A DNA stretch of 62,697 nt, the filler included, from Dugesia japonica (lineage: Eukaryota): NCBI GenBank assembly GCA_001938525.1. It is 6 parts of 6 records of this genome, joined end to end, with 100 filler letters (N's around TTAATTAATTAA, not from the genome) between each part and the next. Parts side by side here need not be neighbours in the genome. Positions count along the whole stretch, not along the records: positions 1 to 8,868 come from MQRL01584286.1; positions 8,969 to 17,491 come from MQRL01611320.1; 4 more parts are not named here. One strand, written 5' to 3'. The notes below the pieces were generated by a model that ran no database searches, was not told the origin of the DNA, and saw only the letters and a list, made by a program, of their open reading frames with translations. Below are positions 1 to 13,369 of this stretch, in pieces; position 1 is the stretch's first letter, and each line of letters opens with the position of its first letter. A program made the position numbers and the translations under genes.

Positions 1-63
<63 letters not shown>
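1..63. repeat. (AAT)n microsatellite
   Basis: Pure AAT run at the window start. Confidence 0.95.
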
Positions 64-64
<1 letters not shown>

Positions 65-485
65 TTTTAAAATATTAGGAATCATCAATAAGGTCACGCT
101 TAAGTGTGAAACTTCACGCGTCAACTATGAAGGTTTACAAGTAAAAATATATGTAATTATTGAGGCTTATCACTAGTTTTACCTGAGAACAAAATAGATG
201 CGATAAATCTTGATCTCAGGTTTAAAAATTCATTATTTATATTAAGGTGTAAAAGTTCACAAGCTTTTTATATTGTAATGCCCAATGCGCCATGCGTCAT
301 GCATGAAAACAGAATAGGTACGAAAAATCTAGATCTAAGGTGTAAAATTTCACCCATAAAATACATTTATATTGTGAAAGTTCAGTATTTGCATTAAAAA
401 AATAATAACAAAATCAATTGTTTACGTAGAAGTGTGAAAAATAGCGCCAATGGTGTGAAAATTCAAACTTCAGGTATTAATTTCC

Positions 486-1088
486 ATTGTTTACATTAAA
501 TGAGTAAATATTCACATTTTATGTATCAATTTCAATTGTTTACATTAAATGAGTAAATATTCACATTTTANNNNNNNNNNNNNNNNNNNNNNNNNNNNNN
601 NNNNNNNNNNNNNNNNNNNNNNNNNNNNNNNNNNNNNNNNNNNNNNNNNNNNNNNNNNNNNNNNNNNNNNNNNNNNNNNNNNNNNNNNNNNNNNNNNNNN
701 NNNNNNNNNNNNNNNNNNNNNNNNNNNNNNNNNNNNNNNNNNNNNNNNNNNNNNNNNNNNNNNNNNNNNNNNNNNNNNNNNNNNNNNNNNNNNNNNNNNN
801 NNNNNNNNNNNNNNNNNNNNNNNNNNNNNNNNNNNNNNNNNNNNNNNNNNNNNNNNNNNNNNNNNNNNNNNNNNNNNATTGTTTACATTAAATGAGTAAA
901 TATTCACATTTTATGTATCAATTTCCATTGTTTACATTAAATGAGTAAATATTCACATTTTAGGTATCAATTTCAATTGTTTACATTAAATGAGTAAATA
1001 TTCACATTTTANGTATCAATTTCAATTGTTTACATTAAATGAGTAAATATTCACATTTTATGTATCAATTTCAATTGTTTACATTAAA
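486..1088. repeat. 49-bp tandem minisatellite, partly hidden by an N gap
   Basis: Unit ATTGTTTACATTAAATGAGTAAATATTCACATTTTATGTATCAATTTCA at 486 and 535, with four or more further copies after the gap. Confidence 0.95.
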
Positions 1089-1832
1089 GGTTTGAACCAC
1101 TTTGGCGCTCGACAGCACGTATCCACCTACTAACCAAAACTTAATCAATGACTTCAAATCATGAAATTATATTAAGAAAAAGATTTTTCCGAAAAACGAT
1201 TACGAAAAATATTGTAATTCATTTCATAAAAACAATTTGAAAAATTATTCAATGTAATTCCATTGAATCATTAGAAATAAATGTTTCAAATCAATATTAT
1301 AGTTCAATAACTATAAATAGCAAAACAAATTTCATCGAAACCATAAATATGTATGGAAATTGCTTTAAAATCTATTTCGATGTTCGAACTAATGTTAATT
1401 TAATCTGATTAAAATATTTTTATGATAGGAAATATGTGAAAATTTAAATTTCTCAGATTGATTTAATGCGAACAGAATTTAATTAACTACTGATTATGAA
1501 ATTCATCTACTTGACATAAGTTAAAATCGAGACTACTACTGTCAATTAGTAAAGGTCGAGAAATGAAATAATTGATGGAAAGCAATTTCAATTACAAGCT
1601 AGCATTGATTATCTTAAATTTATCAACTGATTGATGTAAAATAAATTTTATCAATAAATTATTTTGATAAGTTTAATTATAATAAATTAATAATAATGAT
1701 AATAATAATAATCTTAATAATAAACACCCACTGACTCACACTAGAACGCTTCAGTTAAACAAAATATTTTCAACTTGAACTTTAAGGTTTATATATTTTA
1801 AACTTTTAAATCTTTATTTATGTGCTTAAAAG

Positions 1833-2260
1833 TTTCCAGTAATTTTGGCTTTCTCTATGACCATTAATTATGCACAAGGTCAATAATTTCATAAAGTTGG
1901 TATGTATTTGTTTGAACCAGTTGCCTTTACTCGCTGCAAAAATCATGAAAAGCTTAGAGTGTTTATCAACGAATCACTTAATCAAGGAAAAATTGTTAAT
2001 GATCCTTGTTTTTTTACGAAAAAAATTTTGCTATTAACCCATTCACTGGAATGCTCGCACTCAAGTATAAAATTCAATAATAATTTGTATAATGTGTTGT
2101 AATTAGCAAACTAATAACATAGCAGTTAACAAATATTTAAATTAGTTTGGGGTAAAGATGTAGATCCGATTAACTATGGTTTTGTGTGTAAATTACCAGA
2201 ACGTTTACTAAATGATTCAACAAAATTTACTCGTAATGTTGTGTATACCGAAATAATTTA
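1833..2260 (+). pseudogene. Helitron Rep/Hel Pif1-helicase C-terminal fragment
   Basis: FPVILAFSMTINYAQGQ*FHKVGMYLFEPVAFTR matches the Helitron FPxxLAFAMTINKSQGQT..VGxYL..PV motif; ends FTRNVVYTEII*, the typical terminus. Confidence 0.85.
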
Positions 2261-2949
2261 GCAAATAAATATTAACGCTTCATTGTATGAAGATTAAATT
2301 TAATTACTCCTCTTTTTTCNAATTCCCACCCAAAGAAACTTTGCAAAATATTCTCATTTTAAGATTGAAATTTTAAAAAAATTCAAAAATTACGGGCGCC
2401 TGAGAATAAACTATTATATTATTAAATAGTAATATTACTAATAATTATGAAGAAAAATTAATAATGGAATGATAAAATCGACTTGTTTTAATGTTAAGAA
2501 TAGAGTATTAGGTTAATGTGAGTAATAATATTACCGAGAATTATAATAATTCGATTTGGAAATAATTAATAGTAATTACCAGTTTACTATTTTTCAATGC
2601 TTTATTATCTCAAGAATATTTTTATCGTGAATATTGACGTTAGATATATTCTGCGTTATTTATATTTCAGTATTATTAATACTAGTGTAATTTCCATATA
2701 CTAATTATATGAAATTTAATTGTAATTACTTTTTATTTTGAATTGAAGTCAAATCGATGACTGTAGAATAAGTTAATAATAAAGCTATTTCATGCCTATT
2801 CGTTGTTGTTATTATTATGTTTCATAACGGTTATTTATTATTATTTGTAATAATATAAAAGATATTATCCATTAATTAATATTAGTCAGTAATTAACTAT
2901 TCCTCTATCGATTATTGAGAATTTATTACCCCCTAACAACAACAACAAT

Positions 2950-2950
2950 G

Positions 2951-3007
<57 letters not shown>

Positions 3008-3080
3008 NNNNNNNNNNNNNNNNNNNNNNNNNNNNNNNNNNNNNNNNNNNNNNNNNNNNNNNNNNNNNNNNNNNNNNNNN

Positions 3081-3136
<56 letters not shown>

Positions 3137-3151
3137 TAATAATAATAATAA
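2950..3151. repeat. (AAT)n microsatellite with N gap
   Basis: AAT run; explains the poly-Ile ORFs. Confidence 0.95.
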
Positions 3152-5669
3152 TTGATTATCAAAGATGTATGATGGATAGAATTTCTTAAATAGTTGAGAT
3201 TAAATATTATTATGTAATTTTCATTTAATTTAATTTTTATTTTAGTTGGTGTTTTGCTTTAATTTGGAGTGTATATTTATGTTTATAATTTGTATTACAA
3301 TAGAATTTGCTACCGCAATTTGTTTTGTTAAAGCTTTAGTAACTATTAATAAGCGTTTTGTAAATTTTTGATTGAGGATTTTGTAAATCTTTGTAGTAGA
3401 TTTAGAAATTTCCGTGATAAAACATTCTTATTAATTAGTTATTATCTGAAGTGTTCATCATTGATTATTATAAACATTTTACTGGTTATTAAACCTTTTT
3501 CCTGAAGCAGTTTTAATATTATTGATTTGATCAAAAATATGAAAACATATAATAATAAAGAAGATCCAGATAAAAGAGTGGGTTTTAATAATAATTAAAA
3601 ACAGTTTTAATTATAATAGACAAAAATAACATTCATTTGTATCATAAAAGTAAATATGTATTGAATGAAAGATTAAATAGAGCGCAGAAAATTACAATTT
3701 AGTTCTTTACAAAAGAAAGAACGAAGTATTGATGTAAAGATATCCTTCAACATTTAGTATCAAATCAAAACAAAATAATATGCTCAGATATAAAACAATG
3801 CCAACTAAAACAAAGAAAATTGTAATATATAATATAATAACAATCAAATTCTGCACCAAAATGTTTTTCTACTCTTACATTTTTGACCAATCAAATTTTT
3901 CACCAAAAAATGCTGATACCTTTCCTCCCCCGGGTCTTAGTGTAGTGCGTCAGTATGTAGCTACCATGGTGCACAGATAATAATACATACAGATCATGGA
4001 AAATAATTTGAATCAAATCTCTTCCAACAATTAGCTAAAGGTTGGATTTAGATTCCTAATAGCCCGAGTTGAATATCTTTTCTTAGTAACCGGCTTGTTT
4101 ATTTCTCTTCTGCACTGAATACTTGAACATTAAGATGCTGTTGTCCTGTTATTCTAGTCGTCTTGCGGAATATGTTAAACGTAATTATAATTTGATTAAT
4201 TTAGTCACCTTTCTCTCTTTAAAATAATTTATTTGTGGTCATTTTTCTTTGGTATTATTTTGTATTGATAATAATATAATTGAAAATTATGATGATGAAT
4301 GAAAATTTTACAGTAAAAATTACCAAATTGATAATATCTGTAGTAATGATGAATGTATTGAGCTACATAAATAATGTAAAAGTTTAGAATAATATTCTTG
4401 TTTTAATAAAAAATAATTATTATAAAAAGTATTAAATAAATAGCAATAGATGTTATAAGAACTGTTGCTACAATATTTATAATATTCTCTATTTTTCAAC
4501 AAGTTTTCGTGTCTGTAATTAAGTCAATCAGGAAATATATACGATTCATGTTGAAGTACGAGCAATAATGTATAAAGGGTAAAGCGATGTGAGGTGGGAT
4601 TAATTATCCAGAGCAATTCTATTAAACTCTAATATTATCAAAACAATAAAAAGATGCATTGAATTAAATCATTTTTCTGACGTTGTGTGAATATTGTTTC
4701 AGTAATAACCGAAAAGAAGTGACTCACTAGTCACTTGTAAAAATGCACCTAATTTAATAAACTTTGCTGAGATTGTGTGGATTTTGTTTCAACAATAAGC
4801 GAAAGTATTTTTAAAAAGAAAAATATAACCATATAACCATATTTACATATAACCATATAATATATTTGATTGAGAAGAGGATCAAATTTTAGGGATCACC
4901 CATACGGCATATATACTTGCTACGCCACTGAGTACAAGACCTCTGTTTGCTTTACATGGTTATATTTTGATAAAAATAGAAATCCATTTTATTCCTCATA
5001 AAACATGCTACTACAAATTTGCAATCTTTACTTTTAAACAAGGTGTTCTATTTTTCATTTTATGGAAATGAGACATTTTCCGAAAATATATTTAATGTGA
5101 TATTCTGGATTTAGATTATTCATAAAGACCAATTTCAAAAAATTTGATGAAAATTATTTTTCAGGAATATTTTAACAAATATTAATAAATTTTTTTTCAT
5201 TAAAAATTTCATTTAACATCGTGTAAAATATCTAAAATTTATTTTTTCTATCTATAAACCGGTTTTATTATTTATTGCATTTTTTATTATTTTATAATTA
5301 TTTTACATTTTAATTTAAAATTTATTAATAATTTTAAAATAAAAATAACACATCAATTTCTTAATTTGTTGTTTATGAAAATTTACTGATTTTTTCAGAA
5401 TTTTAAATTGGTTTTAAAAAATTTTAAAATAAATAAAAAAAATTTTAAAAATATAAATATAATAAAAACAAGTCTAAAAAAATTAATAAAAAAAATAATA
5501 AATACAATAAAAATTTGATAAATGCAATTCTCATAAATATGTCAAAAAAAATTCATTTTAATTCGATTAGTGTAATCTAAGATTTTTACCCAATTTGTGA
5601 CAAATTTAGAACTCCAATTCTAATTTGTGTCTAATTCTTATTAAAAATTCTTAAAATAAAAAAAGCAAT

Positions 5670-7037
5670 TAAGTTTAAAAGAAAAAGGTGAAATTCTACA
5701 AAATAGAACTTCTAAATAATTTAAAAGCTAATGCAATATGTAAAATTTACAAAGTGAATAAAAGTCAAATTTCTCGAAATCAAAGGAAACTATTATGGAT
5801 TTCATTGGATAAACTTATGAAAAGCTCAATAAAGTGAACCAAATTCAAAAAAGTATTGGTTTTTGACTTTGAAAATGTAGTATATATCTGGTTTTTAGAC
5901 GAAAGAATTACCAATAATTTTCGTAATTAGTGAAACTTTGAAAATTAAGACTTTTGTGTCTTATAGGAGATTAACTCCAAATATTACATTTCAAGTCAGC
6001 CTAGGTTGGGTAGAAAAGTTTCAAAGATTATATGGTATATATTTATTGAAAATTAATTGAGAGAAGCTTTTTGCTAATCATTCAGTGTTTCTGAATTTAT
6101 TCAAAAAAATTTCTGTGGAATCAGTTCTTCTAAATTTCTTACTTGAACAAATCTTTAATTATTATGAGACCGGTTTGATATGCAAAAATTTATATTATAA
6201 AACTTTAATAATGCAAAGAGAAAATTATACATCAGGAAGAAAAAAATCTAAAGAAAGAATCACGGTTACGTCTTGGGTTAATGCAACTGGTACTCACAAG
6301 CTTACCTTAGTTGTTCTTGGGAAGGCAAAGAATTTACGATGTTTTAAAAATGCAACATTGCCGGATATTTATTATAAGTCATCCATAAATGCAGTTTTAA
6401 TGCTGTATTGATACCACTAGTAACTCAAAATTTAGTTTAAAAAGGTTTACCAATGAAAAAGGTTCTCCTGTTGGATAATGCAACATTAATCGTAAATCAA
6501 TTATACAACCGCCGGATCAAGGTCTTATTAACTGCATAAAGATAACATATAGGAAAAAGCTACTATGCATCTTGTTAGCATTGAGTGATAAGATAGTCAT
6601 TAAATTATAAAAAATATGTCTGAAAGATTTTCAATTTTTATTATGAACTGAAGTGCGGCAATCCACTATATTAAATGAGTAAAAACATCTATTTCTGGCT
6701 ACGGAAAAATCATATGTTGATGATTTTGATGAGGATGATATTCTATTGGCCGAACTTTATCGATCTACCCTGTAGATTTTTCAGCACTGGAAACTACACT
6801 AAATGATGAGAAAATACAAGCTTGGGATCTAGGAACAAATAAATATTTAAATTCATTAATTACCGATGAAAGTATTTTAGAAGATAATCAACATTAAGGA
6901 CCGAATACAAATAAATTTGAAAGAAGTTAAAAACAATGTGAACATTTTGTTAATGAGGGGAAAAATGAAAAACTATCAACTCAAGAAATATTACTACAAA
7001 GAAACTTAAGAAAAAAAGCAGTTTTGGGTAAATTTTA
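5670..7037 (+). pseudogene. Tigger/pogo (CENP-B/Jerky-like) DDE_1 transposase, decayed
   Basis: VYIWF, FQVSLGWVEKF, QIFNYYETGL, GRKKSKERITV..NATGTHKL..LGKAKNLRCF, LLLDNA and QPPDQG motifs, with stops and frameshifts. Confidence 0.88.
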
Positions 7038-7329
7038 AAAAAATTAAATCGTTTTTTGGTTATATAAATCTGTTTTCTTTGCTTCTTTCATATTTGGATA
7101 AAATTATTAATTAAATAGAAATTATTCTGTAAGTTTAATTTTACCTGTTTAGCCAGTTAAAAATTCTATAACCAAATTCTATAACTGCAACAAAATTCGT
7201 CAAGAGTAGAATAGGTTTTTATACAGCAAAAGTTAAGGTTAGTTTATAATATATAATAAATATAATAGAAATATTAAAACATACATAAAGAATTTCATTG
7301 AAATAATCGCTATGATCAAATTGTAGTTT

Positions 7330-7512
7330 TATAGATATTCTAATTTTTTTATTCGAATTGTATTTTTCTTGAAGAAGACAATAGTCGATAATTCGACTTT
7401 CTATAAAACAACAATTTGATGATTGACGCAATTATTTTAATGAAATCTCAAATGCGATCAATGGTTAATTGTCCAACAATTATTCTCACAATAATTGTAA
7501 TTGTAAAATTCA
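7330..7512. repeat. Dispersed copy of the 25.6-27.1 kb foldback family
   Basis: GATCAATGGTTAATTGTCCAACAATTATTCTC..ATTGTAATTGTAAAAT is near the reverse complement of about 26135-26215 and similar in direct orientation to about 25762-25822. Confidence 0.7.
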
Positions 7513-8626
7513 TAGAACTGTNACCATCAACCATGGACTTTTGGATTTATACGTTAAATAAAGAAATTGATTATTTTACAACAAAATAAACATGTATTTC
7601 AAATCCAAAAATTATAAAAGTAATTAATTTACTCAATATATTTTCTTGGAGTAATTGTTTAGAATGAATTGTGTAAAAATTGCAAAAAAACTATGAAGAC
7701 AGTTAGAATAATAGAAATATTCAAACAAATGAAATACAACAATGAAAATGTATTGTTTAAAACAAAGACCATAAATAACTGTGGTAAATACATGTTTTCA
7801 ACAGTTATAGTATGGTTTATATTGTATAGCAATCAAAGGATAGATATGAATAGAAATCCCAAAAGATAGTTGAAGAATAGAAATAAGCAGTTAAATACTT
7901 ACATAAATATAAAAAATTATCATTGAAAATGTTGCCATTGGTAACAATTTTGAAAGAAGAAAGATCAATAAACTGTAGAGGTTTCACTTTGAACCAAATC
8001 TTCATAACAATAATCATTTGTACAATTATCAAATATAAGCGTGATATTAATNNNNNNNNNNNNNNNNNNNNNNNNNNNNNNNNAAATAATTAAATACGTA
8101 TTAAATAAATTAATTTATAAAAATAAATATAAAAATTCATATATATATATATATCAAACAGTCGTTTTTTTATACATAACACTTTATAGTATATTTTTAC
8201 AGTATAAACGTAAATAATTTGCTATCATTAATATCTTTTGCTACCAAAGAAAACTAAGAATTTCAATTAATAGTTAGTATAATCATCATTATTTCTTAAA
8301 ACTTACAAAATTATGTTGCTCATTGATTCAACTAGTAATTTACACAATTATATTGATATTTCTTCCCAAAATTTAAAAATAATTTTGCATTAATCTTCTT
8401 CTTTCTTATAGTATTCCAGTAATGTTCTTTTTCATGTAACCCCATAAATTTTTATTGGATTTAAATCGGGACTCTAGACAGCCATTTAAGCACATTTATT
8501 ATGTTTATTTCAAAATATTATTTAGTATATATTATTGAGATTGTTGTCTTGAATAAATTTTAGTTACTTCAAGATTTATTACTTTGCAGATTTCTTTGGG
8601 AGGCAATTCTTATATATATATATATA

Positions 8627-8868
8627 TGTTGGGGTGAAACACCCCTAAAGGAAAGGAAAAGAAATAAAAGGAAAAGCAACCGGAAAAAAAGAAATGAAGA
8701 GAAAATAAAGAANATACAAGAAATGTAAACCAACATAGGATCAGTAATCAAGAAAGAATTATTAAATAAAAAGAATTAACAAGAAAAATATTATAAAGAA
8801 ATAATTAATTAATATGGAAAAATTAATTAATTTTAAAAACTAAATTCTCGAAAATTGGATAAAAATCT
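8627..8868 (+). mobile_element. Probable LTR end (TGTTGGGG...) inserted in a (TA)n tract
   Basis: TGTTGGGGTGAAACACC follows (TA)n; its exact 17-bp reverse complement is at 42742-42758. Confidence 0.55.
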
Positions 8869-8968
8869 NNNNNNNNNNNNNNNNNNNNNNNNNNNNNNNN
8901 NNNNNNNNNNNNTTAATTAATTAANNNNNNNNNNNNNNNNNNNNNNNNNNNNNNNNNNNNNNNNNNNN
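8869..8968. other. Artificial scaffold spacer N44-TTAATTAATTAA-N44 (also at 17492-17591, 30217-30316, 42586-42685, 51079-51178)
   Basis: Identical six-frame-stop 12-mer centred in 100-nt N blocks, five times. Confidence 0.95.
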
Positions 8969-9179
8969 TAAAAGTGTTATGATAGATAAAAATAGAATAT
9001 TAACTTCGGAATTAGAAATTATAGACAAAAGTATTGAAAGAAGTAATGATGAGATAATTGAGGAAAATTATGAGATTTTAGAAAATTTTGATAACTGGAA
9101 TGATCCTTTAAAAATTAAAAAGAATATAAATACAAATGTTCCTATAATGACAATAGATGAAATCATGGAAGAAACATAA

Positions 9180-12100
9180 ATTGTTTATAACATTATGCAA
9201 GGAAATTAGATAATTGTCTGCAATGAATTGGCATGTTGCTCTTTAGACTGTATGAATTGTAGTTAGTTCTTTAATGATCGCTTTCAGAAAGGTTTAAGTT
9301 GTTCATAAATTTGTGAGCATAATCTGATGAGGTTAAACAGGTTGCTAGAAGACATGTTTTTGAAAGGCTTTTCTATTTTTGGAAATATATATCCCAATAT
9401 CAGTATGAAGGACATTGCACAACTTAGACTTTGAGCTGTTATTGATTAGTATATTGAAAGAGAAGTTGTAATTAATCAGTTTAGTGATTTTCAGGGCTAT
9501 TTAATTCTCTTCAATAAGAAAGCGCAGTTTAAGTTTATGAGCTTCTTTAGATCTTTTTATTAACGTTCTTACTCTGGTCTATCTGTATGCAGTAATATTA
9601 GCTTTATCTTGAAGTGGAATAGTGTTATTAGGCCAATAAAGACCTTTTTCAATTGAATATGTGCTATTGTTTCTAAATCTGTGTTTGCTAGTGTGCTCAA
9701 GTTTTCTAGTCGTAAACACTTTGAAACAATTGTTTAGAGAATTGAGGATCTGGAAGGCATTTATTATACCTTGAATACAGTACTCATCGATTGAAGGAAG
9801 TAAACCTAATCCACGAGTTTAGATGAAACGTAAAAAAAGGCATTATTGTGACTGCTGTTTGTTGCTTGAATGATGTTTTTAATTAATCCTTTGATAATCT
9901 GAGCGTATCCTAGTTGTCCTGTACTGCCATCAACAATTTTGTGATAGGGGTTATTCAGTTTGATATGGAGAATATCTCTGCTCCTCATATCATATATTAT
10001 GCTTCAATGAATAAACATTTTGCAAGCTTGAAATTATTTGTAACGGATGAAGATTGCTTTCTGTGATTTTTCCAAAGTCTTCTATTGCATTGTTAATGAT
10101 GTCTTGAAAGTTGTTTTTTTAGCTTCTCCAAATGGTACTTCCAAGTAATTGTATAGGTTTTCATCATTAATATTTGGAATCGCTTCATTGTAAATTTTGG
10201 TATTGGAAGTTTTCTTGGGGTTTTCTTTAAGATTAAAGAATTCATATTTGCTTAGTCTGGACTTGAGATAACTTGTATTAGTGAGGCTTATAATTTTGTT
10301 TATCATATAATTCATCTGAATGTAATTGTTGGAGATAATTACAAAATTGTCTGCATAAGCTAAAATGGCAACATTGTACCTATTGAGAGTTAGAAGAATT
10401 GTCTTTGAGGTTTCTCTAATGATGAAATCAATGATCAGGCTTAAAAGCGTCATTGACATTGAACATTCTTTTTTGACTCCTTTGATGATTTTGATATCGC
10501 TTGTTATTATGTCTAGACATTTATAAGAAGAGTAAACATCTCTTTATATCTCCTTAAGAATAGCAACGGTCTCATGATGTAATCCAATACGTTTGAGCAT
10601 TTACAAGAGCAAATCATGAGGAATACTTTCAAAGGTGTATGTTAGATCAAGCCAAGTAAGGTTAAGATTCCATTTCTCGTGCTCAGCTTTTTCACGAATT
10701 AATTGTATTGTAGCATTGTGTTGTGAGCATCTATTTGAGATATTAACCGCATTTTGAGTTGGTGAGAGTAAGTTTCTTACTGAAATCCAATTGAGAATTA
10801 TGTTGTTAATAACAATTGCAAATAGTCGGTATAAGGTATTCAAAATTTATATAGGTCTCCAAGATGAGACTTCATGAGATTCATCTTCTTTACCCGGTTT
10901 CAAAATGAGATTAGTAAAGAACTTTTTCGATTAATCAGGTATATTTTTAATCTTTAGAATTCTGTTAAAGGGAGCCTGTAGAAATAGAAGATTGTAATCA
11001 ATTTGAAGCCAATCGGAGTAAGTGATTAAATACATTTTGGGTGAGGATTTTAAAGTGCTATTGAAAGCAGTTCTGATTTCCATTAATGTTATTTGGTTGT
11101 TAATGTGAAAATCCTCAAAAGCTGGAATATCAAGAAATTTAAACTTATCTAAGTTTAGGTTTTCCGGCAGAATCGAAGTGAAATGATTGATAAGATTCTC
11201 TTTAGTTGGTATTGAGACTCAAATTGTAGATCCAAGAATTTTATAAAATACTTTCGAAAGGTTTTTTATATATCTGCTTTGACGTGAGTATTTGGTCTCA
11301 GTGAGATCATCTCTGATTTTGTGGAAAGTGTGTTTTGCTCCTTCATTCATAAGTTTTGTAGGAACTATTTTGAGCAGTTCTCTAGATGCTTCATTGAGGC
11401 TTCGGTTGTGTTCTTTGTGCCTTCTCTAAATCTTTTAATGAAAGGAATCATATTTGGTTCCAAGGTAGTATAATTGGATGTGTGAATGAGTTTGATATAA
11501 TTGTTGGATTATATTTCCTGTCTATATTGCTTAGTATCTAGTACAGTGAGGTTTTTGTTATTGAGGAGAAATTTTGTAAAATGTATTACGAATATCCCAC
11601 AATCATGCTCACCTCTTTCAGTAGGATGATTGTACGATGTTGTAATTGTTAGGTTGATGTTGTCTTTAGAAGAGCAGAAATTATTTTGTTGAGCTTACCA
11701 TGAAGATCTATTTATTCGAGTGAGATATGTGTAAAGGCTAGATCAATCAGGATGGATTCACTTTTATCTTTGTCTACATAGAAAAGGATCCAGTGAGTGT
11801 TGTTCCAATTGTAAGAGAGAATTACTTTCTTGGTGTTTTAAAGACGACTTAATGGAAACTATGTATAGACATCAACCCGGTAATTGTGCATGAGAGCATT
11901 TCCTATATGGGGATTGATGAACAGACTGTTTTTATCTAAGAGAAATTTGTTGAGGTAGCTTGAATGACATGGTTGCTTAGTCATAGTTGCGAGGCATCCG
12001 ATTCAATGAGTTAAAAATCTTCAGCCTTGTTTGATACAGTTGGTTGACTCTTGAAAGCTTCTATGTAGTGGATTAAGTTTTTGAAGTTAGAACTGTAACC

Positions 12101-12260
12101 ACCTTTACATAGATTAATATTGTCAGTTTCTTTAAGATAATTTTTTAGATAGATATTGAGATGTTCCTTGATATTGATAATGTTGTCAATATTTTTGAAG
12201 TATGTTCTACAACTTTACCCATTCTTTGCTGAGTGTAAACATGGTTTTAAACAGTTAAAT
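9180..12260 (-). mobile_element. NeSL-like (R2-group) non-LTR retrotransposon, decayed: possible zinc finger, Ulp1-like protease, RT, CCHC remnant
   Basis: RT motifs SSWRPI, LYRLFA, LLSPTQ, WLDLTYTFESIPH, IIKGVKKECSMS, ILAYADN; upstream NNTHWILFYVD and HDCGIFVIHF; multiple stops. Confidence 0.85.
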
Positions 12261-12716
12261 TTTTTTGATAGTTTGACCAAAGTTGTTAACGAAAATAGTT
12301 TAATAAATAAGAAAATTAACTTCATGTAATAAAGTTAGAAAATTTAATTAAAAATATATTTTAATTATAAAATTTTTTAAAATGAATTATTATTTAAATT
12401 TATTTTTTTTAAATATTTTTAAATAACTTTGGTCAAAATTAAATGAAAATATTAATTTGTTTTAAAAATTTGTTTAAAAAATAATTTGATAGTTTATGTT
12501 TTTCTTTTGTCTTGAATAAATATTGGAATGAAAAGTGTTAATTTTTTTAATGCAAAAATGAATGTTGCAAAATCATTTAATATTGAGTATAAGGAAATAA
12601 TTATTATTTAATAGTTTTAACCAATAGAAAGGGATTAAATTCAAAATTAAGATTTAATCAATTCTATTCAATTATAATTATCTTATCAAGCATGTGTTGT
12701 AGAAGTGAAATAAATT

Positions 12717-13340
12717 ATGTCTACAAATGTTAGTTTTGATTTGGAAAATGAATTACCAATTGAAGATTTACCTAACATGGTGGCNNNNNNNNNNNNNNNN
12801 NNNNNNNNNNNNNNNTTATTGCCGAAAATGTTCTGCAGAGGAGATGATATTGAGAAATTCATCAAGCTGTGCGAATTGTATTCTGAAACTAAAAACATCA
12901 CCCAGATGAAACAACAAGATAGATTAGTCTCGTGTTTGTTAGATGAAGATTTATTTGAAGAATATGTAAACACGTTAAAAGTCGAAGGTTTTCAGGCTCG
13001 TTTACGTATGGCATTTGAGAAAGAAAAAAATGTTATCAAAGACTTTCAAAATTTGATTAACTACAAGCGTGGAAATGAAGAGATTCAAATTTATTTTAAA
13101 AATGTAAAAGGTTTAGTAAAGAGATTATTTACAAGTAAAGATTTTATTGAGGAAAGAATGGTAGTAAAGATGCAAGTTTTTTGTTCATATAACAAAATAT
13201 TTGAGGAAGAAATGACTTTAAGAAAACGACAGAATATAGAAGAAATTGAAAACACAATGGTGTTAGTAGATCAAGTAGAGAAAAACAGTGATTAAGTTTA
13301 TGCAGTTGGAAGTTACGCGAGAGTTACAAATCGAAAAAAT
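12717..13340 (+). mobile_element. Ty3/Gypsy gag fragment
   Basis: LPKMFCRGDDIEKFIKLCELY and INYKRGNEEIQIYF capsid-like motifs; related pieces at about 52.5 kb and 54.7 kb. Confidence 0.6.
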
Positions 13341-13369
13341 TACTAATACATATATTAAAGGATCAGTTA

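Noticed and set aside
486-1088. CRISPR-like array
   Set aside because: Units are head-to-tail with no unique spacers; eukaryotic context; no cas genes
3951-4930. DNA transposon bounded by CAGTATGTAGC / GCTACGCCACTG
   Set aside because: The left TIR is poor and there is no matching TSD
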